A DNA stretch of 60,994 nt, filler included, from Basidiobolus meristosporus CBS 931.73 (GCA_002104905.1; 4 parts of 4 records of this genome joined end to end with filler, not necessarily neighbours in it); one strand, 5' to 3'; positions 36,557 through 49,329 are shown, numbered from the whole stretch's first letter. Notes: generated by a model not told the origin, from the sequence alone. Numbers and translations are program-made.

Positions 36557-37847
36557 TATGCAACTCAGTTAGGTAAATATTTAGGTGGAATTCCAAGTTT
36601 TTACAACACTCCCACTCAGCTAAATGCTCATACTGACTAGTACTAATTTTGGTCTAAGATATTCAAACTTGTCTTTAGCTACTGGTTTGGTAAATATGTC
36701 TGCAATCATTTCATTTGAAGGACAGTAAACTAAGCTAACTAAGTTATTCTCTATAGCTTCACTTATGAAATGATGTCTAGTATGTATGTGCTTAGTTCTA
36801 GCATGAAAAGTTGGATTTCTACCTAATTTTATGAATCCTAGATTATCTTGAAGTAAAGTAATAGGCGTTTTTGACATAAGCCTAAATCTGTAAAAAGCTT
36901 TTTTAGTCACATTGCTTCTTTTGTAGCTTCACAGGCTACCATATACTCTGCCTCTGTGGTGGAAAGTGCTACGGTTGGTTGTTTTCTTGAATTCCATGAA
37001 ATTGCTCCTTTACAGTAAAGAAAGGTGTATCCTGTGGTGGATCTTCTGTCTTCCAAATTTTGTCCCCAATCAGCATCAGAGTATCCCACAAGATCCTGTT
37101 CTGAATCCTTATAAGTGTATCTTAAGCAGATATCAGCAGTTCCTTTTAGGTATCTAAAAATCCGCTCAACTGCTGCAATATGATCAGATCCATAATTCTG
37201 ATTATTCTGGCTGACCACTCCCACAAAATATGAGTTATCTAGACATGTTCCAAGCATGATACACATAAGACTGCCAACCATAGAATGATAAGGAAAGTCA
37301 GGGCTTTCAGATGGCACCAGGCTCTCTTGATTTGGTTGAGTTTTGACCAAGTTAAGGTTTGTCTCCATTGGGGTAGCTGCAGGTTTACAGTCTTCCATTT
37401 GATACTTCTTTAGTATATCTTGAATATACTTGGATTGGCTTTGGGTGATAGTTTGGGTACTTCTGTCTAAGGAGAACTTTATCCCTAAGTAGTAACCAAG
37501 TTCTCCTAAATCAGACATCTTGAACTCTTTATATAGGCTGGATTTAGTCTCTTCCAACATTGTTAGGTAATTGGCTGCTATAACAAGATCATCCACATAT
37601 AGAGCTAATACAACTGGACTTGCTCTATCTACCTTATAGTGTATACTATATTCAGCATTACTCCCTTTGAAACTCAGGGATTCCAAATAAGAATCTATCT
37701 TCCATGCTCTTGGTGATTGTTTGAGACCATATAGAGATTTTCTAAGCTTGCAGATTAAATGGGGGTTATCTTGGTCAATATGCCCATCAGGCTGGTTCAT
37801 ATACAGGTCCTCATCAAGTTCTCCATTCAAAAATGCAGCTTTACATC

Positions 37848-38988
37848 TGTTGTGTTGTATTATGATTAGTTTGGGGCTTGTTCTATAATGTAGAGGCTAA
37901 TCAACAATATACAACAACTTCCAGTATGCTAATACTGAAATAGTTTATTGGAAGTTTGATATACCAATAGAAGATATAACTTTCACTAATTTCCTCAATC
38001 TTCGGCTCAAAATATACTGTAGGCAGTGTTTATCACTTCAACAGCAGTGTTCTGACCTTCTGTCAACTAATGGGCTTATTTACTTTTATAGTAACTTTTC
38101 CTTATTTTGAAGTCACTTTCCTTTCTGAGAAAATATTTCCTAATATGGAAATTCTGAACTCCCCTTTAACCTAAAGGGGTGTGTTGTAGAAGTCTCTAAA
38201 GGGGTCTTTAGACCTAAAGGGGTGTCTAAAGGGGTGTCTTTAGAGTAAAGGGGTTTCTTAAAGGGGTCTCTAAAGGGGTGTCTTTAGAGTAAAGGGGTTT
38301 CTTAGAGGGGACTTTTCCAACAGAAAAGTGGTAGTTTCTTGTAGAACTTAGATTGGATTCTTGTGAGCTTTGCAGTCTCTTTACTGATGTAGTACCAATT
38401 GAAGTCAGAATACTCAACAGTGCAAGTGATGCAGGGGAAGTCTTATAACCTTTAAACTTGTAATTGTAGTGTGGAGATTCTGGAAAGAGAGGCTCTCCCT
38501 TTATTTTTCAGCTGGGGAAGTCATATATATGAAAATTTTGAAGGATCAAAGTTTTTGGGTGATTGCGCAAGCAATACACGTGATACAAAGCTAACATTTT
38601 GCAGTAGTGCAGATCGGACATAGGCGCAGCACCTGTGAAAATTTCACGTGATTTGATTGGCTGGTTCGAAAGTTACACGCGATCAAAGTCACCATAGTAA
38701 TCCTAGCAATAAGGCATAGTATATATAATAGTTGGACTCTTTTGGTCATAACTCCTTAAGTACTGCTTCAAATGAGCTGTAATTTGAAACATTTGTTGGC
38801 TACTACGTGTTCTGTATGACATAATATTCTTGGGTGGATTGCTTGTCAGGGTCTGGAGCATTTGTTCTTCAAAGTTGGAAATTCTTGATCTTTCACTTGT
38901 GTGTTACAATAGCAAAAAGCAAAATAAAGAAATGAGTGCAATATTGGTTTAGAGATATTGTAGTAATGGAATACTTTCCATTACCACA
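37848..38988 (-). mobile_element. 1141-bp solo LTR of another family inserted in the RT of copy D
   Basis: TG...CA ends; CATC duplicated at 37844-47 and 38989-92 (alternatively ACATC, 5 bp); host RT resumes exactly. Confidence 0.85.
38170..38312 (+). repeat. G-rich minisatellite of TAAAGGGGT motifs inside the solo LTR
   Basis: About 8 TAAAGGGGT copies plus TAGAGGGG, with 3-15 nt spacers. Confidence 0.9.
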
Positions 38989-41095
38989 CATCCATTTGAT
39001 TTATAAAAAGCCTATATTTGGCTGCAATAGCCAATATCAATCTGATGGAATTAAACTTGGCTACTGGTGTAAAAGTCTCTGTATAGTCAAGTCCTCTTGT
39101 TTGAGTGTATCCTATGGCCACAAGTCTTATTCTGTATCTTTCAATTGTGCCATCAGCCTTATACTTTGTCTTAAAGACCCATTTGCATCCAATTGATTTT
39201 CAGTTGATTGGTCATTGGACCAAGTCCCAAGTTTGATTTTCCATCATGGCCTGATATTCCTCAGTCATTGCAGGTCTCCAGAATCATGTCTGAGGGCTAT
39301 TTAGGGCCTCTTTTACAGTCTGGGGCTCATTGATATGGTTGGAATAGGCATAGGCTAAGTTTGCACCCCCATTGATATAGTAATTTGGGCTATTTCTTGT
39401 CTGGTTGGATCTCCAGGCATTTGATACTAGAATGATCACTTATGGGATATTCCTGGGAACTGATTCAGACTGAACCACAGTTGTAGAGTCCTCTGGAATG
39501 AAAATGCTCTCATTGTTTTGCTCTGAGTCAATCCTGACTATTGGTGGACTTGAGATCAAGTTATTGTGATTGGATGTCATTTTTTGCGAGAATTTTGAAT
39601 TTCCATCAGACAACACATCCCTGGACTTGCTCAGCTTCTTTGCTTTGGTATTGTAGAGTCTGTATGCCTTACTCACATTGCAGTTGCCCAAAAATATGAG
39701 TATTACACTTTTTGGTTCAAATTTTGACTGATTTCCAGGAAGTTTCTTGGCACTTGCTGTACATCCAAATATTCTTCAATGTTCTGCACTTGGTCTGTGT
39801 CCATACCATGCTTCAAATGGAGTAGGATCACAAGGTACTCTGTGATAATTCCTATTCTCAAGGCATACAGCTGTGGCAACTGATTCAGCCCAAAATGCAG
39901 AAAATAATTTTTGATCATGGATCATTGATCTTGCCACATCAATTATTAATCTGTTTGCATGTTCTGCCACTCCATTTTGCTGTGGGGAGTAGGGTACAGT
40001 AGTCTCTTGCTTTATACCATGAATTTTGTAGAGGTGGAGGAAGATTTTTTAAGGTATGTTCTCCATCATTGTCTGAGCATATTTTCTTGATTTTTCACCA
40101 GTTTCTCTCTCCACCACTGCTTTAAACCCCCTGAGCTTAGACAGAGCTTCTTCCTTTCTCTCCATGAAGTAGACCTAAATGTATCTTGTATATTCATCAA
40201 CAAAGGTGATTAAATACTTCATCCTGCTTAAGGATGAAATTTGCATAAGTCCACACAGATCTGGGTGAATTAGATCTAATTTTTCTTAGCTTTGATTAAC
40301 CCAGAGCTCTTGAACAGTTGTCTGGCTTGTTTCACATATATGCAGGCTTCACAGTGCTCCAAACCTGCTGGGGGATCAATTTTTACTCTGGAAATTAGCT
40401 GATATTTGATCATTTTGCACAAATAAGCAATATTGATGTGTCCAAATTACCTGTGCCAAAGCATTGGTGTTTCTTCATTCAAGTTTCTTATATTGGCTTC
40501 CATATATGATGGAATATAAGTCAACTTGCATGAATTCTGCTCTCCAATACCCAAAGCAATATGGGCACCATTTTGGTCAGTGATCCTGCATCCAGAATTG
40601 TCAAAGCTGAAGCTGAGTCCTTCTGCAGTGGCCTTGCGTACAGACAGTAGGTTCTTGGCAATTCCTGGTACATAGAGTACTTCTTTGAAGGTCAGGGTAT
40701 GGCTTCTTTCACTGCCTCTAAGGTATACTTGGATAGTTCCTTCTCTCACTGCATCAAGTGTTCTATTGTCACCCATGAAAACCTTCTTAACTGGAATTTC
40801 TTGATATTGGGTAAAAGGTTCTTGGTGGTATGTAAAGTGTTGAGATGCTCCAGAATCAATCTACCACGTCTGAGATTACATATGTGGTCATATTTAGTGC
40901 AGATATGAATAGTCTATCATCTGTTGTTGCAGCATTTCTGTATTCAGACTTCTATTGCTGATTATCTCTCTTTTGGAGACACCAATCTGATTTGTGTCCT
41001 TTCCTTTTGCAGTAGTTGCAAAACAGGTTGCTGTTGCCTTTGTAGCATCTTGGATACCTCCTTTGTTGGTTGTCATTGCTTATTAAAGCATTTTC

Positions 41096-41443
41096 TGTTG
41101 TAAAATTTATAATCCACCTTAACATTCACCTAGCTTGGTCACTTAGATCAGTACCTTCAAATCCTAGAGAATACTGACCAAATTCCTTGTTGGGACTTAC
41201 TTAGAATATTCTCACCAAAATTCCAGGTACCCAGAACATGAAAATTTTCAAAATTATCCAAATAGCCCCAAGCTTTGCACACATGTTCCTGGGACCTTCC
41301 TTAACTTATTCTTTGTGCTAGTAATGGCAAGACTATGTAAAAGTATAAATACTACTTATACATTCAATAAAGCATTAAGTGAAAAGCACACAATTTACTT
41401 GTCCTCACAAATCACTTCCAATATCTTCAAGACTCTTAGAAGA
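41096..41443 (+). repeat. Family-1 solo LTR inserted antisense into the gag of copy D
   Basis: 348 bp; TSD TTTTC at 41091-95 and 41444-48. Confidence 0.93.
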
Positions 41444-42432
41444 TTTTCTTCTTCCTTCTTAGTGGCACTTGATTTTCTTAATACTTCATCCAGGAGCCTT
41501 CAATATATGTAATTTAAGTTCAAATCTTTAGTTCTAGACTCTAGGGCTGATACAAGGCCCTGAAACCAGTCTGTCAGGCTATTCAGGATGATTACTATCA
41601 CATCCTCATCAGTAGTTGGTATAGCCACAGATTCCCTCTCATCCACCAGCAGGGTATTTCTGTTAATTAGATTTTACATTTCTTCTGCAGGCAGCATCTT
41701 TAGAGTAAAGAGTTTCTGTCTAAGATAAATTTTCTTGGCAGCTGAACATGACTGATAGGTGTTGTCTAATGCCTTCCAGGCATTACTTGCTGTTTTGCTC
41801 TTGAGCATTGAATTAGCAATTTGTCTTTGGCATTAATGCAAATGCAGTTAAAGGCACTTTGTTCTTTCTTCTGGTGCTTTAAGGATTCCTCTCCCACATT
41901 TTTAGGAGGGCATTTGTCTCCCATAACAATATCCCAAAAACCTCTTTCTTGTAGCAGCATCTTCACCTTCACCTTCACCTTCCACACTTGGTAGTTAGAA
42001 CCATCCAACTTTTCTGCAGAGGGAAAAGTTCCAGTAATAGCAATAGTGAACATTGCAGAGAGTGACAGCTTGGGGCTGATGACCTGCTGTAAGAGTCATG
42101 GAGATATTGGAAGTGATTGGGAGAACAGGTAAATTACATGCTTTTCACTGAATGACTTATTTAATATAAAAGTAGTATTTATACTTTCATATAGTCTTGC
42201 CATTACAAGCACACAGAATAAGTTAAGGAAGGTCCCAAGAGCATGTGTGCAAAGCTTGGGGCTGTTTGGACAACTTTGAAGATTTTGATGTTCTGAGTAC
42301 CTGGAATCTTGGTGAAAATATTCTAAGTAAATCCCAACAAGAATTTAGTCAGTATTCTCTGGGACTTGAAGTTAATGATCTAAGTGACTAAGTTTGGCAA
42401 GTATTTAGGTGAAATTACAAATCTTTACAGCA

Positions 42433-44387
42433 ACAATTACCCTGTTGGAAGATGCATTGGAATCTGTGGGGATAAAAATACCACTAAATATGTGGTAGTT
42501 TCCCTCCTGAATAGCCTGACAGACAAGTTACTGCAAGGCCTTTGTATCAATAATGTATTTCAGAACTGAAGATTTGACCTTAAACTATGTTTATGAAAGG
42601 CTTCTGGATGAGAAATCAAAAATAACAAGTGCCACTAAGAAGGAAGAAAAAAAAGCTTTAATAAGTAATAATAACCATAAGAGTGTTGTTAAAATTTGTA
42701 ATCACATATATATACTGACCTGGCTTAGTCACTTAGATCATTACCAACATATCTAAGAGTATAAAGACCAACTTCCTTGTCAGGATTTACTTAGAGCAGT
42801 ATCACCAAAACATCCAGTACCCAGAACATGAAGTTTTGAGAAGTTGTCCAAGCAGCCCCAAGCTTTGGATACATGCTCTTGGGACCTTTCTTAGCAAATC
42901 TGATATGTTTGTTATGTCAAAATCATGTTGGAGTATATACACTACTCTTGCATTTGTAATTCATTAAGTGAAAACCACATAATCTACTTGTTCTCTCAAT
43001 CAACACCAATATCACCAAGCTGCTTACAGCATTAAGAAGGCTAGCATGGGAGACAACAGAACTCTTGATACAGTTGGACAGGGAGCTTTCCAAGCAAACC
43101 TTCAAAGAAATGAAGGAAGCCACATACCTACCTTCAAAGAAGTATTCCATATACCAGAAATAACCAAGAATTTATTAGCCATTACACAGGCCACCACAGA
43201 AGGACTCAGCTGCAGTTTTGACAATTCTGAATGCAGGCTCACTGATAAATTGATGCCTGTATTCCCTTTGGGTACTGGTGCCTGAAGTTTACACCAGTTT
43301 ACTCATATCTTGCCATACTTGGATGCCCATATAAAAATCAGCTAATTTCTGGAGTGAAGCTGATCCCAGAGTTAACTTGGAGCACTCTGCAGTCTTCATA
43401 TATGGGAAGCAAGCCAGACTGCTGCTCAAGAGCTCCAGGCTGATTGAAAGCAAGAAAAATTAGATTCAGCTCACTCATTTCTGTTTGGATTTATGCACAA
43501 TATAGCCTTTGGTATAAAGATGCATTTATGCACGTATATTGATGATTATACAATATACATATGGATCTACTTCATGCAGTGAAAGAAAGCAGCTGTGTCT
43601 AGGCTCAGGAAGCTTCAGGCCAAGGTTGAGAAAGCAACTGGCAAAAAATATGAACATACACACTGAAATAATGGAGAATATACCTCAAAACTCTCCATCC
43701 ACTTTTGCAAGATTAACATGATGAAGTAAGATACTACTGCACCATATTCCCCACAGCTCAATGGAGTATCAGGTTTTGCAAAAATATTAACAATGGGTAT
43801 GGCAAGATCTATGATCTGTGACAAATATTTATCTTGTGATTGTTGGGCAGAAATGGTTGCTACAGCCGTATAGCTTAATAATTGGAACTATAGCAGAGTT
43901 ATTTGTAATTTATTCCATTTGAGAAGTGGCATGGATAAAAATCAAGAGCAGAGTACCAAAGATTATGTGGTTGCATAGCATATGCTCAGAAGCCACCAGG
44001 AAATAGGTAAAAATTTGAACAAAATGGTGTAAAGCTCATGTTTTTGAGCTACTGTAATGAGGGTAAGGCATACAAACTGAACAGTACCAAAATTTAGAAG
44101 CTAGTCAAGTCCAGGGATGTGTCAATTGATGAAAATTCCAAATTTGCACAAAGCACAATATCAAATGAATACAAATATCCCCTCTCAAGTCCTCCAATAG
44201 TGAGGATTGAATCAAAGCACAACAGTGCAGTTTCTTCACTACAGAGAACTTTAACACTGTGGTTCAGCTTGAATCAGTGTCTATAGATATTTTGGAAGCG
44301 CTTATTCTAGTAACTCAATGCAGAAGATCCAACTAGTATAGAAACTCTAAACCCAATAGAGAAAATCCTGCTCTGTTAGCTCTATAC
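42433..44387 (+). mobile_element. Older, heavily degenerate Copia family-1 copy E containing an LTR at 42684-43031
   Basis: gag, protease and integrase remnants colinear with copy A; the internal LTR has no TSD and is accompanied by a ~280-bp deletion. Confidence 0.85.
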
Positions 44388-44735
44388 TGTTGCAAGAGTG
44401 TTGGAGATACTGTAAGTGAATGGGAGAACAGGTAGAGTATGTGGTACTCACTCAAAGATTTATAAAATGTAAAAGTAATACTTGTACTTCTGCATAGTGT
44501 TGGAGAAACAGACACATACAGTATGTTAAGGTATATCCTAAGAGAGTGTGTGCAAAGTTTGGGGCTGTTTGGACTACTTATCAAAACTTCATGTTCTGGG
44601 TACCTGATGTTTTGGTGAGGGATATTCAAAGGGAATCCCAACAAGGAATTTGGTTGGAACTATACAAGACTTGCAGATGATGAATGAAGTGACTAGGTTG
44701 AATGGATATCTAGGTGATATTATAAAACTTACAAT
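44388..44735 (-). repeat. Diverged family-1 LTR
   Basis: gtgtgtgcaaagtttggggctgtttggac and gttctgggtacctg...tttggtga cores. Confidence 0.8.
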
Positions 44736-44824
44736 GTGATCCATCCTGCTTTTCAGCAGAGGGAGAGTTTCTTGTAACAACAGTGATAGATACTCCAGAG
44801 AGTGCCTGCTTGGAGCTCATAAGC

Positions 44825-45490
44825 TGTTGCAGGAGTTTTGGAGATATTGAAGGTGGCAGGGTGGACAAGAGGATTATGTGGTCTCACTTAATGGCTTATT
44901 GAATAAAAGGGTAGTATTCATACTTTTAGATGATATTGGCAGAGCAATCTCTATGTAAAATCTGAAATCTGGAACTCATTGACTTTTTAGCTTTTATTTT
45001 GCTGGCATTCTTATAGAATTCTGCTGGTATTCAGTTGGTGTTTCCGCTCCAAATTTTCATTTGCAATTTTGGTGGAAGTAATGGGTAGCTGATTACCAAG
45101 TTTGGTATGAATGCTAGTTGGTCTGGTCTCCCCTGCAAAGGATATCTGCTTGTCTGCTGTGTAGCTATTACCTGAGATATTGAGAGTTGCCACTTTGGGA
45201 AAGACAGAATTCAGCTAATATTAAAATGGTACTCTGCTAGCCTTTCTTGTTTTTTTTTTCTTGGGGAATGTGAAGAGTTTGTAGAAAAGGTTCTAGGAGT
45301 GTGTATGCAAAGTATGGGCTGTTTGGACAAATTTGAGGTATTTTATGTTCTGGTTACCAGATATTTTGGTGAACCTATTACAAGTAAATCCTGACAAGAA
45401 ATTTGGGCAGAATTCTTGCGATTTGTAGACTATGATCTAAGTGACTAAGTTAGGGGAGTATTTAGGTGCAATCATAAAATTTACTACAAC
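44825..45490 (-). repeat. Diverged family-1 LTR split by a ~330-bp insertion (about 44945-45270)
   Basis: LTR 3' part at 44825-44940; remainder at 45275-45490. Confidence 0.7.
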
Positions 45491-46416
45491 TGGGTGTACC
45501 AGTAGAGTATCATTGGAATACCATAGGTTAGCCAGATAAGCATTGTATGAAGTACGAGGTTGAAAACTTTCACAAGGCTGTATTGATTATGCACCACTTG
45601 GAGAAGTTTCATGAACTGATTTACAATGATCATCTCTCATGGGGTATCAAAGCAAATACTACTACCTAATCCATACAGGCCAAATACAGGCAGCCATTTA
45701 TGTGGTAGGTACACAGGCCATCTTTGAACTAGAGAGTAGGAATATAAACTCGAATATAGAAGAGGGCAATGAGATTAGCTAGAGTGTTCAGTCCCCTTCA
45801 CATTGCTAATCCCGCCATGGTATATATTTTATTATATTCTACCCTGTTAAAATTTTTGGCAAGTTGATCGTACGTGGTTTAGTCAGTTTAGTTTTCCATC
45901 AAGCAGGTCATCGTGAGTGTTGGTTGCAAATGGAACTACAGATACTTTCCAAATCTATTCCGCGGTTTAGAATGTAGAAAATAGGCCAGATGTGCCCCCA
46001 ATTAAGAACGGCTAGCCTTTAAACCAGATGCTTGCTATCCACCTAAAAGTCCCCATTCTACTAGTGCTGGCCCCATATTGTTGATCGTTGTGCTACGCCT
46101 GCCTCTTTATCAATAGTCAGTGCGGTGGGAGAATTGTGCATCTATTAGGTATTCGTGTGGCTGATATGGTGGTGTCAGTAGGAGTGTGGTTTGGTGTGTG
46201 AACTTGCTTTGCATTGCTGTTGATAACGATCTGAATGATCCAGTGTTCAACCATTCCGCAATCCACCCTGGTTGAGGCTGTCTCTGGCTTGGTGGCGAGG
46301 GCCACATATAAAGAGCATATATCCCACCGGCTCTCTCTTTCCCCACTCTTTCCACCTTCCCACCTATCAAGCAATACATCAGCCACATCATAGAACTAGT
46401 AATACATAGCACAGAT

Positions 46417-46976
46417 ATGAAGCGATCTCCTCAAAATTCGGCTTGCGAGGTGTACTACATGCCAGTGTGTGAGGCTCTGAAGAGGAGAGAAAAGCACAGT
46501 CGAGTTAGACGACCACCCCACTCGAAATCAGGAGATACTGTAAGTGAAAATATTTATGGGCGAATCGCTGGTTAGTACAAAGGGCTAAACTGGGCGCCAC
46601 CTAACCCCTTCAGCGTGCAAGAAGGAGAAGTAGCGCCTCCGCCACACTGAGTGAACAGGCACTGGAGTTGCTGCAGAAGGAAGCATTTATGGAACTACGA
46701 AGGCAAATCCAGGGCTACAACGAACAACTGGTTGCACGGATGAGATATGTTGAAGCACTTCCTCTTGAGGAGCAACACTCCTGGCTTGAGGCGATTGTGC
46801 GACAAGACCAGCACATGGACGAGGATAAGGATGTTGAAATTCTCATCGAGGCCATGCAAGAGTCGGCCACAACCAAGGACTACTCGGCGATCACAGAGTG
46901 GCAGGAAAGCAGAGCATGTGAGCCCAACGAGTGGTTGAGCATATCAAGCGAAGAGTGGAGCAATTATATGCAGTAG
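46417..46976 (+). CDS. Two-exon orphan gene, about 161 aa (exon 1 46417-46539, intron 46540-46613, exon 2 46614-46976)
   Basis: TATAAA at about 46306; GTAAGT donor, CTAAC branch point, pyrimidine tract and CAG acceptor; phase-0 splice joins exon 1 in frame to the 46668-46976 ORF. Confidence 0.75.
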
Positions 46977-47250
46977 CCATCTCAAAAAGGAGACTAGTGT
47001 AAATATTAGGCCAGTTTCAATGAGCTGGGAGGAGAGATAGGCACCCACATGTACTGCACACCACCACCCATATATTGGTAATTATCCTTGGTAGGATTTG
47101 TAACATGCATTTTAGTTGTAATTAGTTTAGAGCGATCCATTCTATTCATTCAATATTCGGACAGTCAGATAATCGCATTACTTATTAGGGGTGCTATCTA
47201 CAATATAATTATAGGGTTTGAGATAAGCTATTTTCATTCCCACAACTAGT

Positions 47251-48846
47251 CTATCGCAGGCTACGAAGTGGAATATCCTTGTGGTATGCTACGGGCTTGT
47301 TGATTTTCCCACCGCTGGGCTGAGACAGCTGAGGGTTGTTGATTTTGGAATGTGTGCGGCCATACAGTGCATAGACCATGAGCCCGACGCCAATCCACAC
47401 GGCCAGATTTATGATGGTTGATGGCGAGGTTGTCGAGAGCAGAACAACGGACAATGCAGCGCCGATAACTGGGATCACGAATGGGCCCAAGGGGATTTTG
47501 AACCTTCTTGGAGTGTCTGGACACCTGAAGCGGAGCACAATGACTCCGATATTGACAAAGAAGAATGCAAACAAGGTGCCTGCCGTGGTAATGTCGCTAA
47601 GCACGTCAACAGGAAACATACCCCCTAATAGCGCACAAAGAACACCGGATAGGGTAGTTGTGAACCAGGGAGTCTTGTATTTGGGGTGGATTCTGGCGGC
47701 AATCTCAGGGAACAGCCCATCCTTGGCCATGGCGTTAAAGATACGAGGTTGCCCCATCAACAGAATTAGCATGATGGAGGCCAGACCGAATACAATTCCC
47801 ATGCCAATAATTATACTTAGCCAAGTCATACCAGTTCTAGCAACGAGAATAGTGATAGGGGCAGCAACCCTACCAAGGGTACTGCTGTCGGTAAATGGAT
47901 GCAATTCCTTGTAGGGAACAACACCAGTCATTATGAGACAAACGCCAATGTAAAGGATGATGCATACGACCAGAGAGCCGCAGATGACAATTGGTAGGTC
48001 TCGCTGGGGATTCTTTGCTTCTTGGGCGGTCGTGGAAATGATGTCGAATCCAATATACGCAAAGAAGACTGTACTGGCGGCAGAGAACACGCCAGAAACG
48101 CCGTACTTTGCAAATCTACCCTCGTTGGGAGGTATGAATGGAGTATAGTTTGCGGGGTTGATGTGCTTGATGCAGGCGAAGATGGTGAGGAGTACCACAA
48201 TAACCTTGATGGAGACCATGACGCTGTTGACTCGCGTGGATTCCCGAATACCGAAGCACAGAAGGGTCGTGATCACAAGGGAAATGACGACGGCCGGGAC
48301 ATTAAGATAATCGCCAGTTTTCATGAAGGAGCCGCTCTCAAACTTGATCGGGGAGTTTACCCACTTGGTGCTTATTTTATAATCAAATGCAATTTCAAGA
48401 AACGCAACCAGGTAGGCAGACCAGGCAACAGCGGTAGTAGCAGCACCAACAAGATACTCCAAGATCAAGTCCCAGCCGATAATCCAACCGATCAGTTCGC
48501 CCATTGCTGCGTAAGTGTAGGTGTAAGCAGAGCCAGCCACGGGAATCATGGAGGCCATCTCGGAGTATGAGAGAGCCGTGAACGCAGCAGCAATCCCAGA
48601 AACAATGAAAGAGACGACAATGGCGGGGCCAGCTTTTTCAGCGGCAGCAACTCCAGTCAACGTGAAAATGCCCGTACCAATGGTGACGCCTATCCCTACC
48701 GATGCTAAATCCATAATATCTAATGTGCGTTTCATTTCTGAGCTCGCCAGTTCGGTTTGAATCTGCTCCATGCTTTTGACTGTAAAGAGCCTCAACCACC
48801 AAGGCTTTTTTCCGGCCTCGTACGAGACGAGCCCTTGTTTTCTCAT
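47251..48846 (-). CDS. APC-superfamily (CAT/YfnA-YhdG-like) amino-acid permease P1, 531 aa
   Basis: GIGVTIGTGIF, ALSYSEMASMIPVAGSAYTY, IGWDLILEY, FFAYIGFD, KNPQRDLP, GQPRIF..MA.DGLFP, HPKYKTP; start placed at ATG 48846 by comparison with P4. Confidence 0.93.
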   Translation of the reverse strand: MRKQGLVSYEAGKKPWWLRLFTVKSMEQIQTELASSEMKRTLDIMDLASVGIGVTIGTGIFTLTGVAAAEKAGPAIVVSFIVSGIAAAFTALSYSEMASMIPVAGSAYTYTYAAMGELIGWIIGWDLILEYLVGAATTAVAWSAYLVAFLEIAFDYKISTKWVNSPIKFESGSFMKTGDYLNVPAVVISLVITTLLCFGIRESTRVNSVMVSIKVIVVLLTIFACIKHINPANYTPFIPPNEGRFAKYGVSGVFSAASTVFFAYIGFDIISTTAQEAKNPQRDLPIVICGSLVVCIILYIGVCLIMTGVVPYKELHPFTDSSTLGRVAAPITILVARTGMTWLSIIIGMGIVFGLASIMLILLMGQPRIFNAMAKDGLFPEIAARIHPKYKTPWFTTTLSGVLCALLGGMFPVDVLSDITTAGTLFAFFFVNIGVIVLRFRCPDTPRRFKIPLGPFVIPVIGAALSVVLLSTTSPSTIINLAVWIGVGLMVYALYGRTHSKINNPQLSQPSGGKINKPVAYHKDIPLRSLR

Positions 48847-49329
48847 CTGGAGTTGGAACCTTATGCAATGTGAAAATAGTACCTTCAGATGGCCGAAGAA
48901 AAGATGTTTATATACTATTACCAATCAGGTAATCGGCTTCTCATGCTCATAAGACATGAGAAATTCTCAAGTTACACCAGTTCATCGGTTCTTTCCATTG
49001 AATTATTTATCAATCATGTGCCCTCAAATTGGTGTACTGCCATAGTGAGCGAGTTGTTGATTATTAACGTAATACTTGGTGGGGAATCCTCGTCCTTCAA
49101 ACAGGTTGTCAGGACATAATTTGTAGATGGATGGTGTGTTCTTTGCTAGATTATCCTCGATATCGGGTTAATTTATTCAATGTCTTGGTCATGGTACCAC
49201 AGGTAGTTTACTTTTGATATTTGGTGATAGAAATCAGTATGAGAGTGATGCAATGCGCACGGATGTATCTTGTTAGTCAAGGAGCAGGCGAATTTGTAAT
49301 GGAGTCAGTCAGGTGATGCAAAGGTTATC

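Larger units (their letters stand above)
36557..42432 (-). mobile_element. Copia family-1 copy D with two nested LTR insertions; 5' LTR 42085-42432; start of 3' LTR 36557-36608
   Basis: Full gag-pol order on the minus strand; PBS ggtcatcagcccc; PPT; RT-RNase H ORF at 36907-37830. Confidence 0.93.

Noticed and set aside
38170-38312. Interstitial telomere
   Set aside because: Irregular spacers, not a (TTAGGG)n-type array, and enclosed in a TSD-flanked LTR
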